DNA from: Phormidesmis sp.
Lineage (GTDB): Bacteria > Cyanobacteriota > Cyanobacteriia > Leptolyngbyales > Leptolyngbyaceae
Length of the DNA: 64,000 nt
NCBI GenBank assembly: GCA_965248535.1
Contig: CBDFJR010000005.1
Span: 1,856,001-1,920,000 of the forward strand
Direction: 5' to 3'
Positions within the stretch are counted from its first letter, which is position 1. Every line of letters starts with the position of its first letter. A program made the position numbers and the translations under genes. Of the stretch, positions 17,377 through 30,000 are shown one piece after another. Under the pieces are notes generated by a model. The model worked only from the letters and a program-made list of their open reading frames with translations. It did not search any database and was not told the origin of the DNA.

Positions 17377-18411
17377 ATGGAGTCTCTCGACCAACTTTTG
17401 CAGGATTTAGTGGAAGGGAAGCCAACAAATAAGATTGCTCCTTCTCTGGCGGCTCTGGCGCTACTAGATCAGAGACGTGCTCAGGCGTTTGGCACCACTG
17501 CCGCGACCATTGACCAAATGATTGGTTTTAAAATTCGACTATTTAAAGAAATCTATCCTGAATTTATTCAACTTTGTCAGCAACTTAAGCTTAAAGCCGC
17601 TTTGAATGAGACACTATGGAATCTGTGGCTGCCGTTGGCTATTCAGATTTCTGATTGGCGCAGACAGCAAACGCAGCCCTTGATTCAGGGATTTTTGGGC
17701 GGACAGGGCACCGGAAAAACCACGCTGACAGCCGTCTTAACCCTGATTTTGAGTCACCTTGGATACTCTACGGTCAGCCTATCCTTGGATGACTTGTATT
17801 TGACTTATGACGATCGTCAACTCCTTCAAGCTCAAGATCCCCGCTTAGTGCGTCGCGGCCCGCCCGGCACTCACGATCTCAAGCTTGGGCTGCAAGTATT
17901 AAGACAACTCAAGCAAGGCAATCAAACGGTAGTCATTCCCCGTTTTGACAAATCGCTGCGAAATGGCGCGGGCGATCGCACTCAGCCCGACCAGAGCCTA
18001 ATCGCCGAGATTATTTTATTTGAGGGTTGGTTTGTGGGAGTGCATCCCGTCAATCCAATTTTATTTGATACTGCTCCTGCACCCATTTTGACCGAGGGCG
18101 ATCGGGCCTTTGCCCGTGACATGAATGCTCGGTTGCACGATTATCTAGCGCTGTGGCAGCTAATTGACCGTTTAGTGGTGCTCTATGTGCCTGATTATCG
18201 TCTCAGTCAGCAGTGGCGCAAGCAGGCAGAGCATCAGATGATTGCTGAAGGCAAATCGGGGATGTCAGATGCCGAGATTGATCAATTTGTGGATTATTTC
18301 TGGCGATCGCTTCACCCCGAATTATTCATCACGCCCCTCGTCGAGTCTTGTGATTTAGTCATTGAAATTAATTCAGATCACTCCCCCGGCAGTGTCTATC
18401 GCGGAACGTGA
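17377..18411 (+). CDS. D-glycerate 3-kinase (plant/cyanobacterial type)
   Basis: GGQGTGKTT, SLDDLY, RGPPGTHD, PRFDKS, ILFEGWFVG. Confidence 0.9.
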   Translation: MESLDQLLQDLVEGKPTNKIAPSLAALALLDQRRAQAFGTTAATIDQMIGFKIRLFKEIYPEFIQLCQQLKLKAALNETLWNLWLPLAIQISDWRRQQTQPLIQGFLGGQGTGKTTLTAVLTLILSHLGYSTVSLSLDDLYLTYDDRQLLQAQDPRLVRRGPPGTHDLKLGLQVLRQLKQGNQTVVIPRFDKSLRNGAGDRTQPDQSLIAEIILFEGWFVGVHPVNPILFDTAPAPILTEGDRAFARDMNARLHDYLALWQLIDRLVVLYVPDYRLSQQWRKQAEHQMIAEGKSGMSDAEIDQFVDYFWRSLHPELFITPLVESCDLVIEINSDHSPGSVYRGT

Positions 18412-18587
18412 AGCGACTTTTTTTGGCGGTGCCGCGCTAGCCCTAAGCTCAATAGAATGGGCACGATCGCTAACCCGGTTCTCAGACAAGGATCTATATC
18501 CAGACTAGAAAATGCGTTGAAATAGGCCATGCCCAACACCGCACACCAGAAAATGAAGGTCGATCGCTTTTGACGCTTAGAAGACAT
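18396..18587 (-). CDS. Small 2-TM hypothetical protein
   Basis: Basic N-terminus and two hydrophobic helices; fills the gap between genes. Confidence 0.45.
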   Translation of the reverse strand: MSSKRQKRSTFIFWCAVLGMAYFNAFSSLDIDPCLRTGLAIVPILLSLGLARHRQKKSLHVPR

Positions 18588-18661
18588 AGGCTTGGCAGAA
18601 CTGCGTATTAAGAGTGCCACGAAACCTTAAGATATTCTAAAGTGTTAGCGGATCAGCGATC

Positions 18662-19855
18662 GTGAAAGCAATCTCCCTTCTTGGTTCAACTGGCTCAATT
18701 GGAACTCAAACCCTCGATATTGTTGCCCAATATCCCGATCAGTTTCGGATCGTCGGCATGGCAGCGGGGCGCAACGTCACCCTATTTGCCCAGCAGATTC
18801 GTCAGTTTCGCCCCGAAATCGTCGCCATTTGTGATGAAGATAAGCTTCCTGACCTGAGAGCGGCGATCGCTGATCTCGATCCACAACCCCTGATCTTAGC
18901 CGGGAGCGCTGGCGTTGTTGAGGTTGCCCGCTATGGCGATGCCGAAGCCGTTGTCACGGGGATCGTGGGATGTGCAGGATTGCTGCCAACGATTGCGGCG
19001 ATCGAAGCGGGCAAAGATATCGCCTTGGCGAACAAAGAAACGCTGATCGCGGGCGGCCCGGTGGTTTTGCCCCTAGTCAAAAAGCATGGCGTAAAGCTGC
19101 TGCCCGCAGACTCAGAGCACTCGGCTATTTTCCAGTGTTTGCAGGGTGTTCCCCAGGGTGGGCTGAGAAAAATTTTGTTAACGGCTTCGGGCGGCGCGTT
19201 TAGAGATTGGCCCGTCGAAAAATTGGCCGATGTCACCGTTGCCGATGCGCTCAAACATCCCAATTGGTCGATGGGACGCAAGATCACAGTAGACTCTGCA
19301 ACCCTGATGAACAAAGGCTTAGAAGTGATCGAAGCCCATTATTTATTTGGCGTAGACTATGATGATATTGAGATTGTTATTCATCCTCAAAGCATTATTC
19401 ACTCGCTGATTGAGCTACAAGATACCTCAGTGCTGGCTCAGTTGGGTTGGGCAGATATGCGACTGCCGCTGCTCTACGCGCTGTCTTACCCCGATCGCCT
19501 GCCGACGGACTGGGAGCGCTTAAATCTCGTCAAAGCAGGCAATCTCACCTTTAGAGAACCCGACCACGAAAAATATCCCTGCATGGGCCTGGCCTATGCC
19601 GCAGGTCGGGCTGGAGGCTGTTTGCCTGCCGTTTTGAATGCTGCCAATGAACAAGCCGTTGCTCTATTTCTAGACGAGAAAATTTCCTTCTTAGATATTC
19701 CTCGATTGATTGAGCAAACCTGCGATCGTTACGCTTCTCAAAACCAGGCTAACCCCAGCTTAGACAATATTTTGGCGGCTGATGAATGGGCCAGACAAGA
19801 TTTATTAACTGCTAGCCAAGAAAGCAGCGATCGCCAATACTTTATGGTGAACTAG
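18662..19855 (+). CDS. dxr: 1-deoxy-D-xylulose-5-phosphate reductoisomerase
   Basis: [49 protein letters not shown]. Confidence 0.98.
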   Translation: MKAISLLGSTGSIGTQTLDIVAQYPDQFRIVGMAAGRNVTLFAQQIRQFRPEIVAICDEDKLPDLRAAIADLDPQPLILAGSAGVVEVARYGDAEAVVTGIVGCAGLLPTIAAIEAGKDIALANKETLIAGGPVVLPLVKKHGVKLLPADSEHSAIFQCLQGVPQGGLRKILLTASGGAFRDWPVEKLADVTVADALKHPNWSMGRKITVDSATLMNKGLEVIEAHYLFGVDYDDIEIVIHPQSIIHSLIELQDTSVLAQLGWADMRLPLLYALSYPDRLPTDWERLNLVKAGNLTFREPDHEKYPCMGLAYAAGRAGGCLPAVLNAANEQAVALFLDEKISFLDIPRLIEQTCDRYASQNQANPSLDNILAADEWARQDLLTASQESSDRQYFMVN

Positions 19856-20042
19856 CCCCTGTGTTTGCTTGAAAACAAGGATTTGTCAACGCGTAAGTTC
19901 TGAATCAGTGTCATCTACTAGATTTGAACCATTGATGTTTTTCACGGAAACGGATGTCATTTTGCAATAGCTCGATGGATCTGCTAAACTGAGGAACGAT
20001 TCAGGGCTAAATCTGCAAAACAGAAGTTTGAGTCCTACGATC

Positions 20043-20114
<72 letters not shown>

Positions 20115-20133
20115 TCCCTTAAATACCAGCAGG

Positions 20134-20166
20134 TTCAGCGTCTCACGGGGGGCGCTGAATTTGTTT
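20134..20166 (+). terminator. Terminator after tRNA-Val
   Basis: TTCAGCG...CGCTGAA hairpin followed by a T-rich tract. Confidence 0.65.
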
Positions 20167-20216
20167 GTAGAGAACTCAAAACGCTATAAAACAACCAAAA
20201 TTGGGCATATAACAAA

Positions 20217-20478
20217 TATCGAGCGGCACCCGCAAAAGATCCGATCGAGCCGATGGGTTGCTCAACGATGCTCTGCAAACTCAGCGATCGAGAAATCTGA
20301 GGCTGAGTTTAATTGTTGGTGAAGATTATATAAAGGGGCTAATTTTCTATCGAGCGGCACCCGCAAAAGATCCGATCGAGCCGATGGGTTGCTCAACGAT
20401 GCTCTGCAAACTCAGCGATCGAGAAATCTGAGGCTGAGTTTAATTGTTGGTGAAGATTATATAAAGGGGCTAATTTTC
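20217..20478. repeat. Perfect 131-bp tandem duplication
   Basis: 20217-20347 is identical to 20348-20478 (TATCGAGCGGCACCC...GGGGCTAATTTTC). Confidence 0.95.
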
Positions 20479-20697
20479 TCTGTAATCTCTTGGATACTTG
20501 GGGTCATGCAGTCATGGAGATTGACTAGGCTCATGACCTCAATTCAGCAACATTGGGGTTTTGGGGACTGGAGCTTAGATCATCAACAGTGGCGCAGTCC
20601 GGGGCTTTAATGGAGTTTACACAGATCTTACGGCAGCGAACCTGACCTCGATCGACCGTCAAGATGGGCATGAATCAACCTACTTTCAGATCTGATA

Positions 20698-21243
20698 ATG
20701 AATGTTTTACCGACTTCTATTCCTGATGTCCTGATTCTTGAGCCTCGTGTCTTTCAAGACGATCGTGGCTTCTTTCTTGAAAGCTACAACGAAAAAATGC
20801 TCTCCGAAAAAGCTGGCATCACGGCTCCTTTTGTTCAAGACAATCACTCTCGCTCGACGCAAAATGTTTTGCGCGGGCTACACTACCAGATTCAGCAGCC
20901 TCAGGGCAAACTGGTGCGGGTCGTCGTCGGTGCAATCCTAGATGTCGCCGTAGATTTGAGAAAACAGTCACCGACCTTTGGGCAATGGGTCACTTGTGTT
21001 CTCAGTGCTGAAAACAAACGCCAGTTCTGGGTTCCAGAGGGTTTTGCCCACGGCTTCTTGGTGATTTCAGACATCGCTGAGGTTCTCTATAAAACCACTC
21101 AGTATTATGCTCCTCAGCATGAACGGTGCCTTCTGTGGAACGACCCTGATTTAGCGATCGAGTGGTCTTTACCCGCAGATCCGATCTTGTCAGCGAAAGA
21201 TCAGGCAGGTCAACTCTTCAAAGCAGCCGAGCTATTTGTATGA
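20698..21243 (+). CDS. rfbC: dTDP-4-dehydrorhamnose 3,5-epimerase
   Basis: DDRGFF, FVQDNHSRS, VLRGLHYQ, GFAHGF. Confidence 0.97.
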   Translation: MNVLPTSIPDVLILEPRVFQDDRGFFLESYNEKMLSEKAGITAPFVQDNHSRSTQNVLRGLHYQIQQPQGKLVRVVVGAILDVAVDLRKQSPTFGQWVTCVLSAENKRQFWVPEGFAHGFLVISDIAEVLYKTTQYYAPQHERCLLWNDPDLAIEWSLPADPILSAKDQAGQLFKAAELFV

Positions 21244-22169
21244 GACGCATCTTATTAACAGGCAGTGACGGGCAAGTTGGACGAGAACTTCAGAAAACCC
21301 TCGAACCGTGGGGTGTCGTGACTGGAGTCGGACGGAGCACCCTGGATCTAGCCCAGCCTGACCACATTCAGCAAATTCTTGAGCAAGTCAAGCCTGATTT
21401 GATTGTGAATGCGGCGGCTTATACGGCCGTCGATCGGGCCGAAACCGACTCTGCCGCCGCCGAAGCGGTCAACGCGATCGCGCCCGCAATCCTAGCAGCA
21501 TCTGCCCAGAAACTCGGTGCCGATCTGATTCATATTTCGACTGACTATGTGTTTGATGGCCAAAAAAACACGCCTTACACCGAGCAAGATCCGCCCAACC
21601 CCGTTAGCGTTTATGGACGCTCTAAGTTAGCCGGAGAACAAGCCATTCAGCAGGCGTGGCTGCATGGCCCTGGCGACCAGCCAGCCAGCTATATGATTGT
21701 GAGAACTGCCTGGGTCTATGGGGTTTATGGTAAAGGCAATTTTGTGAAAACCATGCTGAAGCTGGGATCTGAACGCGAACAGATTCGGGTCGTCTCTGAC
21801 CAAATGGGAACGCCGACCTGGAGCCATCATCTCGCGCAAGCGATCGCGCAACTGATTCCCAAACTCAACCCAGAGACTTCAGGAACTTATCACTTCACTA
21901 ACAGTGGGGCGGCAAGTTGGTATGACTTTGCGATCGCGATTTTTGAAGAAGCTGAACTGCTGGGGTTTCCCTTAAAAGTTCAGTCTGTGATTCCGATTAC
22001 AACGGCTGACTATCCGACTCCGGCGCAGCGGCCTGCGTGTTCAATGTTGGGCGGTGCTAAAGTCTCTGCCCTGCTAGAAACTCATTCACCGCACTGGAGA
22101 AAGGCGCTTAGACAAATGCTGACTGAGCTTCGAGCTAACAATGCCACCCTTTTAGAGACAAAACGATGA
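21240..22169 (+). CDS. rfbD: dTDP-4-dehydrorhamnose reductase
   Basis: GSDGQVG, NAAAYTAVD, ISTDYVFDG, YGRSK; ATGA overlap with rfbC. Confidence 0.96.
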   Translation: MRRILLTGSDGQVGRELQKTLEPWGVVTGVGRSTLDLAQPDHIQQILEQVKPDLIVNAAAYTAVDRAETDSAAAEAVNAIAPAILAASAQKLGADLIHISTDYVFDGQKNTPYTEQDPPNPVSVYGRSKLAGEQAIQQAWLHGPGDQPASYMIVRTAWVYGVYGKGNFVKTMLKLGSEREQIRVVSDQMGTPTWSHHLAQAIAQLIPKLNPETSGTYHFTNSGAASWYDFAIAIFEEAELLGFPLKVQSVIPITTADYPTPAQRPACSMLGGAKVSALLETHSPHWRKALRQMLTELRANNATLLETKR

Positions 22170-23239
22170 AAGCACTCATTCTCTCAGGCGGTAAGGGTAC
22201 GCGATTGCGACCTCTGACCTACACAGGCGCAAAACAGCTAGTTCCCGTGGCCAACAAGCCCATTCTTTGGTATGGCATTGAGGGCATTGTTGCCGCTGGG
22301 ATCACCGAAATTGGCATTGTCATCAGCCCTGAAACGGGGGCAGAAGTGCAGGCTAAAACAGGCAACGGCGATCGCTTTGGTGCCAACATCACCTACATTC
22401 TGCAAGAACAGCCTGCGGGCTTGGCGCACGCTGTCAAGGTGGCTCAACCCTTTTTAGGCGATGCTCCGTTCATTATGTATCTGGGCGATAACCTGATTCA
22501 AGGCGGGTTGTCAAAGTTTTTAGATAGCTTTAAAGCTCAAACTCTAGATGCTCTGATTCTCTTGAGAGCCGTTGCTAACCCCAGCGCCTTTGGGGTTGCT
22601 ACGCTGGACGACCAGGGGCGAGTCCTTCAGTTGGTTGAGAAGCCAAAAGTTCCTTCTTCAAATTTAGCGCTCGTCGGAATTTATTTCTTTTCTAACGCTA
22701 TTCACGCCGCGATCGCCGGAATTCAGCCTTCTCCACGGGGGGAACTCGAAATTACCGATGCGATTCAATTTTTAATCGATCAGAAAAAGCCTGTCGTCGC
22801 CTCTGAGCTAGAAGGCTGGTGGCTAGACACGGGTAAAAAAGATGATCTGCTGGCGGCCAATCAAACCATTCTCGATACCTGCCTCACCTCGTCTATTGCC
22901 GGAGAGGTGGATGCTCAAAGTCAAATTATCGGCAGAGTTGAGATTGGAGCCGGATCACAAATTGTTAACTGCACCATTCGCGGGCCGGTGGCGATCGGCA
23001 AAGATTGCCACATCGAAGACTGCTTTATCGGCCCCTACAGCAGTGTTGCCGATCAGGTGACGTTGATCGATGTTGACCTCGAACACAGCGTGATTTTGCA
23101 AGGGGCAAAAATCAACGGAGTTCACCATCGGATCGTGGATAGCGTGATTGGGCAACGCGCCCATCTCACGGTTGCGCCCCAACGGCCTAAAGCCCTGCGC
23201 TTTTTGATCGGAGACGACTGTCAAATTGAATTAGTGTGA
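22166..23239 (+). CDS. rfbA: Glucose-1-phosphate thymidylyltransferase (long form)
   Basis: [33 protein letters not shown]-terminal hexapeptide repeats. Confidence 0.95.
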   Translation: MKALILSGGKGTRLRPLTYTGAKQLVPVANKPILWYGIEGIVAAGITEIGIVISPETGAEVQAKTGNGDRFGANITYILQEQPAGLAHAVKVAQPFLGDAPFIMYLGDNLIQGGLSKFLDSFKAQTLDALILLRAVANPSAFGVATLDDQGRVLQLVEKPKVPSSNLALVGIYFFSNAIHAAIAGIQPSPRGELEITDAIQFLIDQKKPVVASELEGWWLDTGKKDDLLAANQTILDTCLTSSIAGEVDAQSQIIGRVEIGAGSQIVNCTIRGPVAIGKDCHIEDCFIGPYSSVADQVTLIDVDLEHSVILQGAKINGVHHRIVDSVIGQRAHLTVAPQRPKALRFLIGDDCQIELV

Positions 23240-24342
23240 TCACCATGCACAACCTTCTCAATAATGTTGTTAGAACGCCTCGAAGAGTGTTGGTTACGGG
23301 GGGAGCCGGATTTATTGGCTCAAACTTTGTCCATCACTGGTGCGCTGCTTATCCCCACGATCGGGTAGTGGTGCTGGATGCACTCACCTATGCGGGCAAT
23401 CGCCAAAATCTGGCAGGCTTAGAAACCTCCGACAAACTGCGATTTGTTCAAGGCGATATCTGCGATCGTCCCTTAGTTGACGAACTTTTGCAGACAGAAG
23501 CCATTGACACGATCGCCCATTTTGCGGCTGAGTCTCACGTCGATCGCTCGATTCTAGAACCCGATGCGTTCATTCGCACCAACGTGGTCGGCACGTTTAC
23601 TCTCTTAGAAGCGTTTAACCAGTATTGGAAAGCAAATCAGAACCCGATCGACTATCGCTTTCTGCACGTCTCCACCGATGAGGTTTATGGCAGCTTAGAA
23701 CCCGATGATCCTGCGTTCACCGAAACCACTTTGTTTGCCCCCAACAGTCCTTACTCGGCTTCTAAAGCGGGCAGTGATCATTTAGCGCGGGCCTACTATC
23801 ACACCTACGGCTTACCTACGATCACGACTCATTGCTCCAATAACTACGGCCCCTACCATTTTCCAGAAAAGCTGATTCCCTTGATCTGCATCAATATCCT
23901 GATGGGTAAGCCTTTGCCCGTTTATGGCGATGGGCTAAACATTCGAGACTGGCTCTTTGTCACCGACCATTGTCAAGCCCTTGATGCCGTCATTCATCAA
24001 GGCAAACCGGGTGAAACCTACAACATTGGCGGCAACAATGAAGTCAAAAATATTGACCTAGTGCATATGATATGCGACCTGATGGAGGAACTCGCGCCTG
24101 AGTTACCCGTGCGCCCTTGCCGTAAGTTAATCACCTTTGTCAAAGATCGACCGGGGCACGATCGCCGTTATGCCATCGATGCCACCAAGATCACAACCGA
24201 GCTTGCCTGGACTCCGCGTGAAACGATCGCCAGTGGGTTGCGACAAACCGTTGAGTGGTATCTTGCTCACCCTGAATGGTGGCAGCCTCTGCTCTCTCCC
24301 CAATATCAAACCTACTATCAGCAGGTTTATACCAACGTCTAA
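23236..24342 (+). CDS. rfbB: dTDP-glucose 4,6-dehydratase
   Basis: [40 protein letters not shown]. Confidence 0.97.
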   Translation: MITMHNLLNNVVRTPRRVLVTGGAGFIGSNFVHHWCAAYPHDRVVVLDALTYAGNRQNLAGLETSDKLRFVQGDICDRPLVDELLQTEAIDTIAHFAAESHVDRSILEPDAFIRTNVVGTFTLLEAFNQYWKANQNPIDYRFLHVSTDEVYGSLEPDDPAFTETTLFAPNSPYSASKAGSDHLARAYYHTYGLPTITTHCSNNYGPYHFPEKLIPLICINILMGKPLPVYGDGLNIRDWLFVTDHCQALDAVIHQGKPGETYNIGGNNEVKNIDLVHMICDLMEELAPELPVRPCRKLITFVKDRPGHDRRYAIDATKITTELAWTPRETIASGLRQTVEWYLAHPEWWQPLLSPQYQTYYQQVYTNV

Positions 24343-24591
24343 AGCCACCAGAATTGTTGTCAGCAGCGCAGTTTCTGCTCTGTGCCAGTTGAGAAGAGGC
24401 TGCAAACTCTGCGGCCAGTGAGCCGTGGCGGACTGGGGTTTCTCTGCTCTTCGCAGGAGGCCCTTTTCTCTGCTTCTTTGCGAAGCTTTGGTTGGGTCAA
24501 AATCTCATTAGCCGCACCTTTGTGAGAAATAGATGAAGATGACCCAGAGCGTCTAATCTAGTGTTTGAGGATTTCTCTGGCAGATAGCGTT

Positions 24592-26046
24592 ATGGTCTCT
24601 CGTCTCTCGAATCGCTACTTACGAACGGCAACTTTGATGGTGGTGCTAACATCACCCGCTTTGACAGAGGTCATCGCTGCCCGATCGTCGGTGGCGCAAC
24701 CGATCGGGCAGGGAGTCATTCAGATCCCTATGCCCACGGTCGGCGATGAGGCTTACACGCTGGGAGCGGGCGATCGAGTTCGCGTTGAAATCTTTAAACT
24801 GACGCAATATAGCGGCGATAACCAGGTATTAGTAGACGGAACCCTAAACTTGGCGGAGGTTGGCAGCGTCTCGGTGCAGGGAATGACCCTGAGAGAAGCC
24901 TCAGAGACAATTTCTCAAACCTACGCTAAACTGTTGCGCTATCCCCTGGCGACGGTGACGCTCGTGACTCCTCGCCCTGTGCGGGTTGGGGTTTCTGGAG
25001 AAGTCAACCGAGCAGGTTCTTACACGCTGACGACGACCGAAGGTGGCTCTCAGTTGCCTACCCTGACGCGTGCTCTGCAACAGTCGGGCGGCGTGACTCA
25101 ACTGGCAGATCTGCGAAATGTGGAAGTGCGGCGGGTGAGGCGAGGAGGCACGATCGAGGCGATCAAGGTTGATCTCTGGGAGTTTTTACAGACGGGCGAT
25201 CTGAGTCGAGATATCACCCTGCGGGGCGGAGACAGTATTTTTATCCCCTCTGTTAAAACCACTAATCTAGTGGAGTCGGTGCAGGTCTCTTCTGCCAGTT
25301 TTGCCGCCGATCGTAGTCAACCTCTAAATATCGCAGTGGTGGGCGAAGTTTATCGACCTGGCCCCTATACAGTCACGGCTTCGGCTCGGACGGGGGCAGC
25401 AGGTGAAACGGGGCAGTCGGGAGGCGGCGATCGTCCACCAACGATTACCCGTGCGATTCAAATAGCGGGCGGCATCAAACCGCAAGCAGACATTCGCAAT
25501 CTTCAGGTGCGTCGAGTCGCTCGAAATGGCATGGAACAAACGATTACAATCAACCTCTGGGAGTTGTTGCAGCAGGGCGATGTCAACCAGGATTTAATTT
25601 TGCAAGACCGGGATACGATCGTGGTGCCGATGGCCCCTGCAATGACCGCCGCTGAGGCAACTCAGGTTGCGGCGGCCAGCTTTTCGCCCGACACCATTCG
25701 CGTTAATGTCGTGGGTGAAGTCAAGCAGCCAGGCGTGGTTAGAGTGCCGCCTAATACACCGCTCAATCAGGCATTGCTGGCGGCGGGTGGATTTAATGTT
25801 CGTGCTCGTAAACAGTCTATTGATCTGATCCGGCTGAACTCAGATGGAACGGTCACTAAGCGACGAATTGACATAGATTTGGAGCGTGGTTTAGATGAAC
25901 GCACGAACCCAGCCCTCCGCAATGATGATGTGGTTGTGGTAGATCGTTCTAGGCTGACGGCATTCTCCGACAATTTAGGATCAGTGCTGACTCCCTTCAA
26001 TGGCTTCTTGTCTATCTTCAGCATCTTCAAAATCTTTTCTCGGTAA
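24592..26046 (+). CDS. wza: Polysaccharide export protein (Wza/OPX, SLBB repeats)
   Basis: YTLGAGDRV, VLVDGTLNL..VG, repeated VVGEV.RPG SLBB modules, amphipathic C-terminal helix. Confidence 0.9.
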   Translation: MVSRLSNRYLRTATLMVVLTSPALTEVIAARSSVAQPIGQGVIQIPMPTVGDEAYTLGAGDRVRVEIFKLTQYSGDNQVLVDGTLNLAEVGSVSVQGMTLREASETISQTYAKLLRYPLATVTLVTPRPVRVGVSGEVNRAGSYTLTTTEGGSQLPTLTRALQQSGGVTQLADLRNVEVRRVRRGGTIEAIKVDLWEFLQTGDLSRDITLRGGDSIFIPSVKTTNLVESVQVSSASFAADRSQPLNIAVVGEVYRPGPYTVTASARTGAAGETGQSGGGDRPPTITRAIQIAGGIKPQADIRNLQVRRVARNGMEQTITINLWELLQQGDVNQDLILQDRDTIVVPMAPAMTAAEATQVAAASFSPDTIRVNVVGEVKQPGVVRVPPNTPLNQALLAAGGFNVRARKQSIDLIRLNSDGTVTKRRIDIDLERGLDERTNPALRNDDVVVVDRSRLTAFSDNLGSVLTPFNGFLSIFSIFKIFSR

Positions 26047-26418
26047 AGGCATCTCAGACCAGCGCCATGCTCATCGCCTATGGCAATCATTGACAGGACG
26101 CATCCACGATCCTCAAGCTCAAACAGCCTGCCTTTGAGAAGGCGACTGTAGGAATAAAGAGGCTGAAAAAATAACATAAACTTATTGCAAAGAAAAATAA
26201 GGGTTTAAGGATTTCTACGGAGAATACACTAGCATCGTACCTAGAGCAGATGGCATTTTAAGCAAGCATCCAAGCCAACAGTCATACACTATTCCGTTAG
26301 GGATGCTCCTTTCGTTCTACCTGCTGAGGGCTATGCTGCCTCGTCGTAGAGCTAAATCTAAGTCTTTTCGTTTCAGCATAAATTTAAGAAATTTTGTTGA
26401 AGGTAGTCTAATCTTCTC

Positions 26419-27021
26419 ATGAGTCTAAAATCAGTTTTCAAAGCCATGATTTGGCGCTATCACAAAATCCAACTGGGACAGGTAGGCAAAAACTCAGATA
26501 TTAGTTTGCAAGCAGATCTTCGAGGTAAGCGAAGAAATATCTCTATCGGGCACGACAGTTTGATCTGCAAGCACTCGGTTTTAGAGGTCGATCAGATCGA
26601 CATTAGCGAGTCTAAGATCGTCATTGGTGATCACACGCTGATTAGTTCTTTTGTGATTTTGCGAACCTATGGAGGAACGATCAAAATTGGCAATCACTCC
26701 TTTATCAACTCATTCTCAGCGCTATATGGGCACGGAGATTTGGTGATTGGCAACAACTGCTTAATTGGCCCGCAGGTGACGGTGATTCCGGTGAACTACG
26801 GCTTTCAAGATCGAGAGATTCCGTTTCGGCAGCAAACGCCAACCATGAAAGGAATCACGATCGGAGATGATGTGTGGATCGGGGCAGGCGTAACTATTTT
26901 AGATGGCTGCACGATCGGAAACGGCTGCATTGTTGGAGCCGGGGCTGTGGTGACTAAAAGTGTCGAACCCTATGCGATCGTGGCTGGCGTTCCTGCTAAA
27001 AAGATCGGAATGAGAGAGTGA
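26419..27021 (+). CDS. Hexapeptide-repeat O-acyltransferase
   Basis: ITIGDDVWIGAGVTILDG.TIG.GCIVGAGAVVTK, VAGVPAK. Confidence 0.92.
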   Translation: MSLKSVFKAMIWRYHKIQLGQVGKNSDISLQADLRGKRRNISIGHDSLICKHSVLEVDQIDISESKIVIGDHTLISSFVILRTYGGTIKIGNHSFINSFSALYGHGDLVIGNNCLIGPQVTVIPVNYGFQDREIPFRQQTPTMKGITIGDDVWIGAGVTILDGCTIGNGCIVGAGAVVTKSVEPYAIVAGVPAKKIGMRE

Positions 27022-27093
27022 GCGCAGTCCAAAAGGGTGACAGAAGTTGGATTGCTTGAGCGTGGTTTTTACATTATTTCCAGGGATTGACTA

Positions 27094-30000
27094 ATGGCTG
27101 CAAACCTATTCTTTCGAGTTCAATCAGTCCGACACTCCTTGACCCACTCCTGTATGAAGTGGTTAAGTCAGCACCGAGTCGATAGCTCAATCACGCTGGT
27201 GTTGGCGATCGTGTTTGCTGGAATTAGCTACCTGAGTGCTCAACAAATTCCCGATCCCCTGCTCACCGATTTCTACGCTCAGGATGTATGGTTTGGCGGG
27301 GATATTCCTACGGTTTTCGGCAACATTACCAGCCTGCAAAGTGATTTTGGGCGCAACAACAAGCATCCCCTATTTCCGTTGATTGCCTTCCCCCTCGTGT
27401 TTGGATTAGGCAAACTCCTACACTTGGAACCCGTTTCGGCAGCCAGGCTAGTCATTGCTCTGGTTGGGGCGAGTTGGATTGGGTCGCTCTATATTTTGTT
27501 TCGACTTCTGCCATGCCCTCGATTAGATGCCGTGATCTTCAGTTTGCTGGGTGGTGTCAGCGCAGCAGCGACGTTTTGGTTTGTGGTGCCTGAAACCTTT
27601 TCCTTTGGCTCACTGTCGATTTTGCTGGTGCTTGTGGTTGTTGCTTTGGCTCAACACCGCAAACTTGCTCCGGTTTGGTATGTGCTAGCAGGGGCCTTTT
27701 CCCTCAGCATCACGCTCACTAACTGGATGGTGGGACTGCTGGCCACGATCGTCAACCACCGTTGGAAAAAAGCGCTGCAAATTACCCTCGTGACCTTTCT
27801 GGTGGTAAATGTGCTGTGGGTGCTGCAACGATCGATTTTTCGCAATGCTGGCTATTCCTTCTCTCTAAAAACGTTTGTTGGCGAAAAAAAATTCATGTCT
27901 GCGCCAGAGTCTGAAGGCGTTTTGTCAGCCGTGAGTTCTTTTTTCTACCAAACGATCGTGATGCCTGCGACTCAAGTCCAAGATTCGCTGATTCGGGCGG
28001 GTTGGGCGCAACTGACGGCAAACACCTTAACTCCGGGGTCGGGGGGCTTTTGGGGAATGTTGGCAGTGGTTGCCTGGACAGCACTGTTTATTCTAGGAGC
28101 GTGGAGTTTCTTGACGACAAAACAGCAGCCTAAACTGCGAATTGTTGTAGGACTCGCACTGCTCGGACAGTTGCTGATCCACAGTGTCTATGGCAGGCAA
28201 GAGACCTTTATTTACTCGCTGCACTTTACTCCACTTTTGTTGACGGTAGCGGCCTTCAGTTCTTTATCTCGTCTGCGGTGGGTGGGGTTGGGTCTAGCCG
28301 GATTGTTGGTGGTCAGTGCAGGAATCAACAATCGATCGCAGTTCAACCAGATCACGGCTGCTTTGCAAACCTATGGGACACCCCAGCAGCAAGTTCAGGC
28401 GCAGATGCGATCGCGGCCGTCTGATTTCTGGCCCCGCAATCTAGGACATGTCATTCTAGCCACTCCGGGTAGCCGCGCCGAAGACAAAGCTTATTATGAA
28501 CCGGGCGGCAGCTTTAGCCCAGTGGCGGGCAGTTTTGGGGTGTCGATCTGGATGGTGGACAAAGATGGCATGCCGCAGATCACGAGTGACACTATTCCTC
28601 TTAATCAGATTCAGCAACAATTTACCAATCTGGGTCAGCAGCCTCCCGGAATTTCTGCAAAAACCGAGTTTTATCAGGCCTCCTGGCAAGCCACAAAATC
28701 CGGCTGGCGGCTAGCGCTGACGACTCCAGCCAATTCCCCGACTCGGCCCGTGCTGATGATTCGTAGCGTTGGGCCGGCGGGGGGAGCAGTCAATTCCCTA
28801 AACTGGAATGGTCAACGGCTGATGGTCAACGATCGCTGGTCTCTCCAACCGATCGCCTCTCCCGTTAAGGTGCATCTCGGCAGCGAGTCACCCGGTTGGG
28901 TCACTCAATCCTCCCCGACAGCGCAATGGCAAGACAAGTGGGGCTGGGGCTATGCGCGGCTAGAACTCACGCCCGGTAACACCTGGACTATCGATCTGAC
29001 CGACTCTGCTCCTCAGATTCCTGCCAATGCCATCGCGTCAAAACTGTCTCCTGATCTAGCCCTAGAGCTACCAGACGCGCAATTTGTCGAAAGCATCAAC
29101 GCTCAGACCTCTCATTTGTTGATGGGGCTGGTTGGAAATCGGACTCGTCTTGGCGATCCCCTCAGCTATCCGTTGCCGCGCCTGCGAGAAGGGGCTTATG
29201 AGATGGTGGCGCTGGCCCGCGCTGGACAGCTAGACACGGCAAAGCAGCTATCTACCTACTTCGCTGAAACTGACTTTCTCAACGGCATCCAGCCTCAAGC
29301 TGATGTGCCTGCCCTGGGAATTTGGGCGTTGGCGGCCGTGGCCGAGCAGGTGAGTCAGCCAGACTACGATCGCTTACTTTGGCCGCACATCCAGCGCAAA
29401 GTGGATCTTATTAGCGAGATGCTGGTGACCAATCGACCGGGCTACCCCGTGGCGGATAAGTCGCAGATTCCCTTTGCGGAATACCCAGATTTTCTAGCGC
29501 AGGATCTGGTTGGAGGCAAAATGGAGCAAACGTCTGGGCTAATCACTCTCGACCCAGCGGCATCGATCATGAGCTACCGCGCTCTGCTGGATGCGGCGAC
29601 CCTAGCCGATCGCGTCAACCAACCCAGCTTTGCCCAACGCTGGCGCGCTCAAGCTGAACGATTGCAGTCTGCCTGGCGTAAAGGCTTTGAACCCATTTTT
29701 GCTCAAGATCCTGCCACTTATGCCAATAGTCTATGGCCTAGCTGGATTGCCACCGCCGATCGCCCCGTGCTCACCCAGGCGCTGCAACAACACTGGAACT
29801 ATGATGCCAACGGAGCGCTCCGTCAGCCTGTCACCCCAGCCTTTAATCTGGCAGAAACACACCAATGGCTATTTCTCGGACAGAGCGATCGGGTCTGGAC
29901 AACCTTAAGATGGTGGTGGCAGCATCAGACCTCGCCGGGGCTGTATAGCTGGTGGGGCGAGACTCCTAAGCCGGGTGATGTTCCTAAAAGTTTCTCTCAT

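Noticed and set aside
20217..20478. Possible CRISPR array or att site
   Set aside because: Two abutting 131-bp copies without spacers; no cas or integrase gene; no duplicated tRNA 3' end seen.
20389..20610. 73-aa ORF
   Set aside because: Starts inside the duplicated unit; no RBS or motif.
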